In this document: positions 1-9,924 of the stretch, piece after piece | Layout of the letters: every line of letters starts with the position of its first letter | Position numbering within the stretch: position 1 is the stretch's first letter | Assembly (NCBI RefSeq): GCF_006345805.1 | Contig: NW_021836258.1 | Span: 1 to 24,607, forward strand | Length of the DNA: 24,607 nucleotides | Source of the DNA: Octopus sinensis | Taxonomy: Eukaryota | Direction of reading: 5' to 3' | Notes under the pieces: model-generated | What the model saw: the letters and a program-made list of their open reading frames with translations, nothing else | Database searches by the model: none | Told to the model about the DNA's origin: nothing | Made by a program: the position numbers and the translations under genes

Positions 1-170
1 GGAACTGAAAGAAGCCACTGTGTGTGTGTGTGCGTGTGTCTGTGTGTCTCCCGCCACCTCTTGTTTACATCCCCATAACTTAGCAGGGGTTGATTAGTTC
101 AGCTAAAATTCCTCGAGGTGGTGCCCCAGCATGGCCACGGTCTAATGGCTGAAACAAGTAAAACCTAAGA
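1..170 (+). mobile_element. Diverged, window-truncated fragment of the bipartite SINE (end of head, (TG)n spacer, related body)
   Basis: Begins ggaactgaaagaagcc (cf. head end ggaaactgaaagaagccc), then (TG)n, then cccc(a)taacttagc and ccagcatggccacggtctaatggctgaaacaagtaaaa, matching the body 3' end of other copies. Confidence 0.65.
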
Positions 171-222
171 GATATATATCTAGATAGACTTTGGAATTCT
201 CTTTCATCTCATAGCTTTCTTT

Positions 223-860
223 CTGCCTTTTTGTTCTGATAAACATTCTCTCTTAGTTCCAGATGGAACGGAATGGAAGCACTCCGTCGGATACGACGAC
301 GAGGGTTCTGGTTGATCCGAATCAATGGAACAGCCTGCTCGTGAAATTAACGTGTAAGTGGCTGAGCACTCCACAGACACGTGTACCCTTATAACGTAGT
401 TCTCGGGGATATTCAGCGTGACACAGAGAGTGACAAGACCGGCCCTTTGAAATACAGGTACAACAGAAACAGGAAGTAAGAGTGAGAGAAAGTTGTGGTG
501 AAAGAGTACAGCAGGGGTCGCCACCATCCCCTGCCGGAGCCTCGTGGAGCTTTAGGTATTTTCACTCAATAAACACTCACAACACCCGGTCTGGGAATCG
601 AAACCGCAATCCTATGACCGCGAGTCCGCTGCCCTAACCACTGGGCCATTGCGCCTCCACTTAGTTCCAGATAACATTGTGCCATCTCACCAGACTCCGA
701 AACCCACATTGTCTTCATCCAAATGCTGTTGTGCTTCCAAGAATAAGGAAGTCTTTCTACAGTCAGAGCTTTTTTCCTCAAGCTGGTCAGACTTTGGAAT
801 TCTCTTCCATCACATTGCTTCCCTCTTTCTTGTGACCAAAGTTAATTCATTCCTTTCGTC
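223..860 (+). pseudogene. Decayed CR1/L2-type LINE ORF2 C-terminal fragment, interrupted by a SINE at 265-659
   Basis: Removing the SINE and one TSD copy gives, across two frameshifts, LPFCSDKHSLLVPDNIVPSHQT / TRLRNPHCLHPNAVVLPRIRKSFYSQSFFPQA / VRLWNSLPSHCFPLSCDQS*. This matches the SFFPRTxRLWNSLP...FP motif at the end of CR1/L2-group ORF2 (recognised from memory). Confidence 0.7.
265..659 (-). mobile_element. Full-length tRNA-derived SINE (family 2) with 13-bp target-site duplication
   Basis: Minus strand has A-box TGGCCCAGTGG (648-638), B-box GGTTTCGATTCC (605-594) and a (TTCCA)-like tail at ~265-280. Direct repeat CTTAGTTCCAGAT at 252-264 and 660-672. Confidence 0.9.
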
Positions 861-927
861 TTAATTGCCAATTCTTCAAGGTTTCTCACTTTGAGATTTT
901 TTTTATAAAAAGAAAGAAGTATTCTCA

Positions 928-1335
928 TGCAGAGTGGCTGTGTGGTAAGTAGCTTGCTAACCAACCACATGGTTCCGGGTTCAGTCTCACTGCGTGGCAC
1001 CTTGGCCAAGTGTCTTCTGCTATAGCCCCAGGCCGACCATGCCTTGTGAGTGGATTTGATAGACGGAAACTGAAAGAAGCCTGGCGTATATATGTATATA
1101 TATATATATATATGTATTTGTGTGTCTGTGTTTGTACCCCTAGCATTGCTTGACAACCAATGCTGGTTTGTTTATGTCCCCGTAACTTAGCGGTTCGGCA
1201 AAAGAGACCGATAGAATAAGTACTGGGCTTACAAAGAATAAGTCCCGGGGTCGATTTGCTCGACTAAAGGCGGTGCTCCAGCATGGCCGCAGTCAAATGA
1301 CTGAAACAAGTAAAAGAGTAAAGAGTAAAGAGAGA
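928..1335 (+). mobile_element. Bipartite tRNA/CORE-like SINE (family 1): head + (TA)n(TG)n spacer + body + (AAGAGTA)-like tail
   Basis: A-box tggctgtgtgg, B-box ggttcagtc, accttgg(g/c)caagt resembling the MIR/CORE domain, internal (TA)n, body ending gcagtcaaatgactgaaacaagtaaaagagtaaagagtaaag. Near-identical copies occur elsewhere in the window. Confidence 0.9.
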
Positions 1336-1351
1336 GTCAGTTTGATGTAAT

Positions 1352-1752
1352 ACTCTATCTTTTACTCTTTTACTTGTTTCAGTCATTTGACGGCAGCCAT
1401 GCTGGAGCACCGCCTTTAATCGAGCAACACGACCCTGGGACTTATTCATTGTAAGCCCAGTACTTATTCTATCGGTCTCTTTTGCCGAACCACTAAGTGA
1501 TGGGGACATAAACAAACCAGCATTGGTTGTCAAGCAATGCTAGGGGGACAAACACAGACACACAAATACATATATATATATATATACATATATATGACGG
1601 GCTTCTTTCAGTTTCCGTCTATCAAATCCACTCACAAGGCTTTAATCGGCCCGAGGCTATAGTAGAAGACACTTGCCCAAGGTGCCACGCAGTGGGACTG
1701 AACCCAGAACCATGTGGTTGGTAAACAAGCTACTTACCACACAGCCACTCCT
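1352..1752 (-). mobile_element. Family 1 bipartite SINE, inverted and tail-to-tail with 928-1335
   Basis: Reverse complement of the same head/spacer/body; head ends acagccactcc at ~1751. Confidence 0.9.
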
Positions 1753-2364
1753 TGAATGTTTGAATGACAGGTTCAATCCAGACAAAGGCTTTCTGTGTTT
1801 CTGTCACCATTTGTGATTTGAAATAGATTTGACTGCTATTTCTAGCCTGTCTAGTGACTACTTAGAGACACATTCACTAAGTTATGGAGGTGTTGAAAGT
1901 GATGATGGTGATGGTGGTGGTGATGGTGATGGTGTCTGTGGTGGTTATAGTGGTGATGGGGGGTAGTGGCAGTGTTAGTTGTGTCAGCGATGTTTTGAGA
2001 AGAACAAAGAAGAATCTGTGACTTTCAAGCATTTCCCAGAAGACAGTTCATTAACAAAAAGGGAAGAAAAAAACAACAACAAATAATGCAGAAAACATTC
2101 CAGAAAAAAACAAAAAAACAAAAAGAAAAAGGAAAAAAACACAACAGAAAGAAAGAAAAGAAAGAAAATATAAGAGGGGTGGAGGAAAGCATGGAGGAGG
2201 AGAAGGAGGAGGAGGGCATGTACTGATGGAAATATGAAGGGGTGGAAGATAGGAAGAGGTATGTTTACAGTCACCAATAGTGACTGTAAGAAGCAAATAA
2301 TGGGGAGAGCAAGTAGAAGTAATCCAAGGACCACAGTGGATTATTAATTTATATCTATATCATA

Positions 2365-2758
2365 GGCGCAGGAGTGGCTGTGTGGTAAGTAGCTTGCTTA
2401 CCAACCACATGGTTCCGGGTTCAGTCCCACTGCGTGGCATCTTGGGCAAGTGTCTTCTACTATAGCCTCGGACCGACCAAAGCCTTGCGAGTGGATTTAG
2501 TAGACGGAAACTGAAAGAAGCCCGTCGTATATATTTGTATATATATATGTATGTGTGTATGTTTGTGTGTCTGTGTTTGTCCCCCTAGCATTGCTTGACA
2601 ACCGATGCTGGTGTGTTTACGTCCCCGTAACTTAGCGGTTCGGCAAAAGAGACCAATAGAATAAGTACTGGGCTTACAAAGAATAAGTCCCGGGGTCGAG
2701 TTGCTCGATTAAAGGCGGTGATCCAGCATGGCCGCAGTCAAAATGACTGAAACAAGTA
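2365..2758 (+). mobile_element. Full-length family 1 bipartite SINE
   Basis: Starts ggcgcaggagtggctgtgtgg (A-box 2375-2385), B-box ggttcagtccc at 2418, spacer, body ending aatgactgaaacaagta, then an A-run. Confidence 0.9.
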
Positions 2759-2769
2759 GGAAAAAAAAA

Positions 2770-2962
2770 TACATACATTACATATGCATATACACACATA
2801 AACACACACATATACGTATATATTTATGTATGTGAGAATGTGTGTGTGTGTCTATATATATTATATATACATATATATATATATATATATACATATATAT
2901 ATAGATATATATATATATTATTATAATATAATATACATATATATGATATATATTATATATAT

Positions 2963-3046
<84 letters not shown>

Positions 3047-3290
3047 CACACACACCACAGAGGCACACCTACAGTTATATACCCACTCGCTGTGTTTGAG
3101 AAATTCAACTATTAAACAATTCTAAGTTTAGCTTATAAGCCCAACTCACAGTTTTCTGCAAATCTGTGCACAGCTTCATGTGTATGCGTGTGCATATGTG
3201 CATGTGTGCATGTGTGTATGTGTGTATGTGTGCATGTGTGTGTATGTGTATGTACACGTGTGTGTGTGTTTGTGTGTGTAATATACACAA
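2770..3290. repeat. (TA)n and (TG)n/(CA)n dinucleotide microsatellite complex
   Basis: Long (TA)n at ~2820-3038 and imperfect (TG)n at ~3175-3285. Confidence 0.95.
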
Positions 3291-3367
3291 AGTACAAAAC
3301 TCACTAGAGACGCTGAAAGTGTTTTGATGTGGAGACATCTATTTTGTTGATGTCTTCCCAAGATCTG

Positions 3368-3505
3368 GAAGAAGAAGATAAAAAATCTGAAGAAGAAGAA
3401 GAAGAAGAAGAAGAAGAAGAAGAAGAAGAAGAAGAAGAAGAAGAAGGCAAAAAAGAAAAAGAAGGTGAAGAAGAAAGCAAAGAAGAAGAAGGCAAAAAAG
3501 AAGAG
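3368..3505 (+). repeat. (GAA)n trinucleotide tract with degenerate purine-rich flanks
   Basis: Near-pure GAA run at ~3388-3445, followed by interrupted units. Confidence 0.9.
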
Positions 3506-3618
3506 TTGGAGAGCTATTAACTGGTGTCTCTAGATGAAAATCATTCTCTTTTATCTTCTATTTCCACTCTCTTTTCCCCCTCATCATCATCATCATCACC
3601 ACCACCACCAGCACCACC

Positions 3619-3828
3619 AAAATGTGACCGCGTGTGTACCGTTGGCGATTATTCTTCCTCTGCCTTCCCTTCTCTGGATCTTTCCTTCTCCTATGTTTCC
3701 GATGAAGAGCTCTGTTCGAAACGTTAAACCCTCCTTCTTTCCTTCTTTCCTGGGCATCCAATAATACTATATTTGTTCCACGTCCTCGCGTTGTTGTGTT
3801 TTTTTGTGCTTTCTTGTTTGGATTAACT
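3619..3828 (+). mobile_element. 210-bp dispersed repeat (family C) carrying a minimal hammerhead motif, copy 1
   Basis: Same start (aaaatgtgacc) and end (ggattaact followed by (AT)n) as 14959-15168 and 23961-24171. Hammerhead-like core at 3695-3729: GTTT CCGATGA A GAGC TCT GTTC GAAA CGT T AAAC. Confidence 0.85.
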
Positions 3829-3878
3829 TTATATATATATGTGTGTGTGTGTGTGTGTATGTGTGTTTGTGTGTGTGT

Positions 3879-4076
3879 GTGTTTGTCCCCCAACCCAACA
3901 TCACTTGACAACCAATGGTGGTGTGTTAACGTCCCCGTAACTTAGTGATTTGGCAAAAGAGACCGATAGAATAAGTACTAGGCTTACAAAGAATAAGTCC
4001 TGGGATCGATTTGCTCGACTAAAGGCGGTGCTCCAGCATGGCTACAATCAAATGACTGAAACAAGTAAAAGAGAGT
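3879..4076 (+). mobile_element. Family 1 SINE body without its head, downstream of family C copy 1 and a (TA)(TG) tract
   Basis: tttgtcccc...cttgacaacc...cgtccccgtaacttag...gaccgatagaataagtact...aatgactgaaacaagtaaaagagag. Confidence 0.85.
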
Positions 4077-4222
4077 AGCCGTCTAACAACTCTGCCAACT
4101 CACAACCTTGGCAATTGTAATAATACTGGTTGCAAATTTTGGCACATGACCCACAAGTTTTTGGGGTTGGGGAGCTAAATTGATTACATCAACCTCAGTG
4201 CTCGTCTGGTATTTATTCTACA
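4077..4222 (-). mobile_element. Diverged fragments of family D SINE
   Basis: Reverse complement contains ataaataccagacgagcactgaggttgatgtaatcaat (cf. aagtaccagttacgcactggggtcgatgtaatcgact in 15188-15411) and a head-like gagttggcagagttgttag. Confidence 0.4.
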
Positions 4223-4303
4223 TTCAAATCTTTCACTAAAATTTCAGGTTAATGATCCAAACACAGCTAAATAACGGCAGTTATTTGAGTAAATTTTTCA
4301 TCA

Positions 4304-4890
4304 TAGGCTATGCAGTAAGTAGCTTGCTTGCCAACCACGTGGTTCCGGGTTCATTCCCACTGCGTGGCACCTTGGGCAAGTGTCTACTACTATAACCTCG
4401 GGCTGACCAAAGCTTAGTGAGTGGATTTGGTAGACGGAAACTGAAAGAAGCCCATCATATATATGTGTGTGTATATATATATATATATATATACAAAATA
4501 AGAAAATGGAGAAATACATCTTATTCAATAATCAACTACCAGATAATACCCAATCACATAATTTATTAAACCACTACATATGAACATTAAGGTTGTTCTA
4601 TATTATTATGTTTGACCTTGATGTTCATATGTAGTTGGTTAATAAATTATGTGATTGGGTATTATCTGGTAGTTGATTATTGATTAAGATGTGTTTCTCC
4701 ATTTTCTTATTTTGTATTATTAATTTGTGGTAAAACATTTTACCTTTGCCCATATAATACAAGAAATGAATTAATTGCATCGCAATTCTTAACATTTATG
4801 TATTAACCTTGTTGGGTGCTTTACTAGCAGTATATTGGATATATGTTATCCCATGGTGGGTTGCACTCACAACCCCTATCTCAATTTGTA

Positions 4891-4925
<35 letters not shown>

Positions 4926-5170
4926 GTATGTATGTATGTGTATGTATATGTTTGTATGTCTGTGTTTGTTCCCCCAAATCGCTTGACAACCGATGCTGGT
5001 GTGTTTTCGTCTCTGTAACTTAGCGGTTCAGTAAAAGAGACCAATAGAATAAGTACTAGGCTTACAAAGAATAAGTCCTGGAGTCAATTTGCTCGACTAA
5101 AGGCAGTGCTCCAGCATAGCCACAGTCAAATGACTGAAACAGGTGAAAGAGTAAAAGAGAGTAAAAGAGT
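4304..5170 (+). mobile_element. Family 1 SINE split in its spacer: head 4304-4456, body ~4957-5170, foreign DNA ~4491-4885 between them
   Basis: Head and body are in the normal order and orientation, with (TA)n tracts flanking both sides of the intervening sequence. Confidence 0.75.
4491..4717. repeat. Long inverted repeat (fold-back): 103-nt arms, 21-nt loop
   Basis: 4491-4593 is the reverse complement of 4615-4717 with about five mismatched positions. Confidence 0.95.
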
Positions 5171-5289
5171 ATTATTTTAAAAGTTAAGTGAAACAAAGTT
5201 GGCATATTTCAACAGATGTATGGTAATGAAAGAGTTAAACAGACGGGCAAAAACTGCATCCCTCAGCGATACCAACTGCTGATGTCATG

Positions 5290-5985
5290 CTACTGTTGTG
5301 CAATGAAGAAGAAATAATTTAAACAGAAAATCTATGGACTTGTGGAGAAAAGGCGCAAGGAGAAACAAAAAGTTAAAACGAAATAGTTCCAAAAAGAGAA
5401 AATTCACAGAGAACTTATGAAAACGTGGGAAAAGAAACAATTCCTTTACAATAGGAGGCGGTAGAAAAAGCCAGCTTCTATATATGGCTAAAGCGGGAAG
5501 ACCGAAAATGGCTTGAAAATCATAAACACGCCGACAGGAAATAACATCATTAGGTGAGACAAGCTGACTGAATCAGCTTCGCTGACTGACAGGTGACGGT
5601 TGTTTAGAAAAAGCTCGGTCTAAAACTACGCGCCTTCACTAGTCAGTTAAGGTGAGACAGTGTCACGTGACAACTTGCTGGGGCTGCCTGCTGGAGCTTA
5701 TGCGGCAGGTATTTAAAGGGAAAAATTTGACAAGACATCAGTCACCGGCTGATGCTCGCTGACGATACATCGAAGAGGCCAGGTAACAGAAAAAAGAAGA
5801 CACACACCCAACACCAGTGCTGAAGACACATCCGAAAGTGGGGGCCCCGCCACGTCAAAACAGTACAGGAGTAGGGGGCGAAACCGGACCTGGTTCCTCC
5901 TGATGATGTCTTGAGCTAACTGGATCCTATAAAGGAGCTGTTGTGGTAGCAGACCACGAAACACGGTTGAAATTCCACACTGATA
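5290..5985 (+). mobile_element. Probable decayed 3' end of an RLE-type (HERO/NeSL-like) non-LTR retrotransposon
   Basis: 5455-5544 translates EAVEKASFYIWLKREDRKWLENHKHADRK*, resembling the EAAEKAS.W.WLKR C-terminus of such elements (from memory). A GC-richer putative 3' UTR follows. Outer limits are uncertain. Confidence 0.45.
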
Positions 5986-5990
5986 CACAG

Positions 5991-6105
5991 GGCAGTGAGC
6001 TGGCAAGATCATTAGCATGCCACACAAAACGCTTAGTGGCATTTTGTCTGTTTTTACACACTGAGTTCCAATCCTGCCGAGATTGACTTTGCCTTTCATT
6101 CCACA
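5991..6105 (+). mobile_element. Diverged 5' part of a family D tRNA-derived SINE
   Basis: ggcagtgagctggcaagatcattagcatgcc...gcttagtggcatttt...gagttccaatcctgccgagattgactttgcctttcattcc aligns by eye with the reverse complement of 15188-15411. Confidence 0.65.
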
Positions 6106-6472
6106 GTTCAAGAATAAAACACAAGCAAAAGAGGACGAATAACAAACTAAGATTTGCCTTCATTCAAAAATCAAACAATTATTAAACAAGATTACACATC
6201 ACAGATACTACAAACTTTCTGAATTAGTTAGAAAGATTCAAAGAACAGTCAGGGTAAGAAAATAAACAACATGCAAAAGATAGGTTGCTAGTAAAAATAA
6301 AACCAAAACATTATAACCAACTGGAAAGAGCACACACTAAAGGGTGTGAGACATTTAGGCACAGCTGCTTTGGTGCCGCAGATTAGATGACAACTTATTT
6401 TACAACAGACATTTTAATGCTTCTCTTGTTCTCTCACTCTTTCTACCTCCCTCTCTTTCTGTTTATCTCTTT

Positions 6473-6663
6473 CTCTTTTACTCTTTTACTTGTTTCAGTC
6501 ATTTGACTGCGGCCTTGCTGGAGCACCGCCTTTAATCGAGCAACTCTACCCCGGGACTTATTCTATCGGTCTCTTTTGCCGAACCGCTAAGTGACAGGGA
6601 CATAAACACACCAGCATCGGTTGTCAAGCAATGCTAGGGGGACAAACACAGACACACAAACAT

Positions 6664-6696
<33 letters not shown>

Positions 6697-6836
6697 CGAC
6701 GGGCTTCTTTCAGTTTCCGTCTACCAAATCCACTCACAAGGCTTTGTATGGCCCAAGGCTATAGTAGAAGACACATGCCAAAGGTGCCACGCAGTGTGAC
6801 TGAACCCGGAACCATGTGGTTGGTAAGAAAGCTACT
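6473..6836 (-). mobile_element. Family 1 bipartite SINE with slightly truncated head
   Basis: Reverse complement of body, spacer and head up to gtagctttcttaccaaccacatggttcc. Confidence 0.9.
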
Positions 6837-7096
6837 ATGTGAACGTATTTCTCTTTATGTATCTGAGGAGAAGGAAAGTGTTTATGTCAGTCATGTTCAA
6901 TTGATAAATCTTAATCTCTCTCTCTCTCTCTTCTTCCTTCTCCCCCTCTCTCTCTTCTCCCTCCTGTTCTCTCCCTCTCTTTCTTTTTCTCTCCTCCTTC
7001 CCTCTCTGTTTATGTGCGTGAGCATATTTCTCTTTAAGTGTCTGAAGAGAGGAAAAGTATTTGTCAATCATTCACAATTAATAAATTATATGTACT

Positions 7097-7140
<44 letters not shown>

Positions 7141-7179
7141 CTCTCTCACTTTATCTCTATGTTTATATTTCTACGAGCT

Positions 7180-7488
7180 AGCCTTGCCTGGTGCCAGCCT
7201 TGCCTGGTGCCAGCCTTGCCTGGCCCCCGTGCCGGTGGCACGTAAAAAGCACCATCCGATCGTGGCCATTGCCAGCCTCGCCTGGCCCCCATGCCGGTGA
7301 CACATAAAAAGCACCCACTACACTCACGGAGTGGTTGGCGTTAAGAAGGGCATCCAGCCGTAGAAACACTGCCAGATCAGACTGAGCCTGGTGCAGCCTT
7401 CCAGCTTCACAGACCCCAGTTGAACCGTCCAACCCATGCTAGCATGGAAAGTGGATGCTAAATGATGATGATGATGATGATGATGATG
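7180..7488 (+). mobile_element. Retroposon 3' part with (GAT)n tail (family E, RTE-like tail) and internal tandem duplications
   Basis: ggcgttaagaagggcatccagccgtagaaac...aacccatgctagcatggaaagtggatgctaaa followed by (TGA)n. A 16-nt unit (gcc)agccttgcctggt occurs about three times, and a ~45-nt unit is duplicated (7210-7253 / 7271-7316). A short matching tail fragment lies at ~8680-8730. Confidence 0.7.
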
Positions 7489-8119
7489 TACACCATCAAT
7501 TCCAAAATGCTACTTTTATAATAACAGGTTCAATGTTTAGCCAATTGTGCCACATTATCAGCATCCAAGCAACCATTCCTATCTGTTTCATTCCATAACC
7601 TTAATTGACTTTCAAACCTTATTGGTTTCTCATCAGAAGTGTCCACATCATACCCCAAAGATGAAGATTTTCGTCACAAAATGTCATGAAAAAAAGGCTT
7701 ACTGGTGCATTGGGTTGCACTTGCACACAATTCCAGAAATGTTTAACGAGATAAGATTGAGAAGTGTCCAAAACTAATTTTTCCAGTAATCTTTCAGGCT
7801 TTATTTCCTGTTAATTATACTTCCCTTTAATTATTGTGCTTTAATTGCAATTTTTTTCACTTTTTTCCATGAGAATATATGTACTTTTAAAATCTATTCA
7901 TGTACTGTATGACGTCACACTCTCTCCAAGCCTGTTTCGTATTTGTAACGTGACTTAAACACTCCATGTTTTCCTTTCAGCTTTTTATTTATTTGTATTT
8001 CTTTTACCTTTTTTCGGCTTTTTTTATTTATTCGTATTGTTTTTTTTAGCCTTGTAAGCCTCTGTTGAAGTTTCAGATTTTTTTTTATCTCTTCAAGTCC
8101 TTGTGGTTAATAAAAGACA

Positions 8120-8168
8120 ATTATTATTATCATCATCATCATCATCATCGTCGTCGTCGTCGTCATCG

Positions 8169-8214
<46 letters not shown>

Positions 8215-8215
8215 A

Positions 8216-8249
<34 letters not shown>

Positions 8250-8445
8250 CATTATTATTATCATCATTATTATTATTATCATCATCATTATTATTATCAT
8301 CATTATTATTATTATTATCATCATCATTATTATTATTATTATTATTATCATCATTATTATTATCATCATTATTATTATTATTATTATCATCATTATTATT
8401 ATCATCATTATTATTATCATCATTATTATTATCATCATTATTATT

Positions 8446-8516
<71 letters not shown>

Positions 8517-8551
8517 TATTATTATTATTATTATTATCATCATCATCATCA

Positions 8552-8597
<46 letters not shown>

Positions 8598-8630
8598 GTA
8601 GTAGTAGTAGTAGTAGTAGTAGTATCATCA

Positions 8631-8674
<44 letters not shown>

Positions 8675-8775
8675 GTTGTGCCTGCATGGACGATGGACGT
8701 TAAATGATGATGATGATGACGATGATGATTATCATCGTCACATCACCATCACCATCAGCATCATCATCATCATAA
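8120..8775. repeat. Compound trinucleotide microsatellite (ATC/ATT/CGT/AGT/GAT blocks)
   Basis: About 650 bp of contiguous triplet blocks; source of the poly-H/I/Y/S/N/D ORFs. Confidence 0.95.
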
Positions 8776-8959
8776 TCACATCTACTATCAGGTATGTATA
8801 TTTAAACTTTAGAAATATGTGTGCATTGACATGTGAGTCTATTTCTGCGCTTTTGTTTATATAGACATTTAAATACATGCATGAATGAAGCGGTATATAC
8901 ACAGAAAGTGCTTACATACACACGCACACGAGTGTGTACCTGGAGAAGCTCATGTGTAT

Positions 8960-9531
8960 GTTGATGTATGTTTATATATGTATATATATATATATATATA
9001 TATTCATTCATAGATAATGCCCTATACATATATATATATACATAAATATATACAAATATATATATATATGTGTGTGTATATATATATGCATATATATATA
9101 TACATACACACACATATATATGCATATATATATACACATTCATACATAATGCCTATACATATATATTAGACATATATACATAAATATATACAAATATATA
9201 TATATATGTGTGTGTGTAATATATATACATATAGATATATACATACACACACATATATATGCAAATATATATACACATCATACATAATGCCTAACATATA
9301 TAATATAGAGATATATACATAAATATATACAAATATATATTATATATATTATTATATATATACAAATATAAATATTAATATATACAAATATATATATATA
9401 TATACACATACATATAATATCTATATATTAATATAATCCAAATATATCTATTATATATATATATACAAATATCTATATAATATATACCAATATATATATA
9501 TATACCTACATATATATATATATTAATATAT

Positions 9532-9571
<40 letters not shown>

Positions 9572-9643
9572 ATCTATATACATACATAAATATTTATATT
9601 AATATATATAAATATATACACATATACATATATATACACACAC

Positions 9644-9674
<31 letters not shown>

Positions 9675-9724
9675 GTGTGTGTGGTTTTATATATATATTT
9701 ATATATATATAAACAGATATAAGT

Positions 9725-9765
<41 letters not shown>
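8960..9765. repeat. (TA)n-rich low-complexity block with a ~132-138-bp higher-order unit, ending in (TG)n and (CT)n
   Basis: Anchor ataatgcc at 9014, 9146 and 9284, each followed by the same microsatellite pattern. Confidence 0.9.
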
Positions 9766-9768
<3 letters not shown>

Positions 9769-9924
9769 ATACACACACCCACACATGTAGATAGACTCAC
9801 AAAAGGACAAAGAGAGCAATGATATTTGAAAATGTACTTCAAAGCTCAAATCTACATCATTAAAACTAGAATGACACCAATGCTGTCTTCGTTGTTGTTG
9901 CTGTTGTCATCGGCGATAATGCAG

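Noticed and set aside
925-1156. ORFs such as MLGVQTQTHK… and MSSNARGTNTDTQ…, recurring at 1527, 6631 and 23769
   Set aside because: Chance frames through the non-coding family 1 SINE and its spacer.
1285-1312. agtc-aaat-gact-GAAAC in the SINE body as a hammerhead half
   Set aside because: No upstream CUGANGA; better explained as the SINE 3' stem-loop.
3329-3520. Acidic ORF (…EDKKSEEEE…GKKEELESY*) as a terminal exon
   Set aside because: Explained by a (GAA)n tract; the upstream acceptor (…cccAAG) is weak and there is no linked exon or recognisable domain.
5818-5860. CTGAAGA…GAAA as a hammerhead
   Set aside because: No stem II pairing (C opposite C) and no stem I.
6845-7180. Two similar segments (6845-6909 and 7022-7086), each followed by (CT)-rich tracts
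   Set aside because: Probably an old ~180-bp tandem duplication; too diverged to support any function.
8065-8864. Poly-His/Ile/Tyr/Asn/Asp ORFs
   Set aside because: Direct translations of trinucleotide microsatellites.
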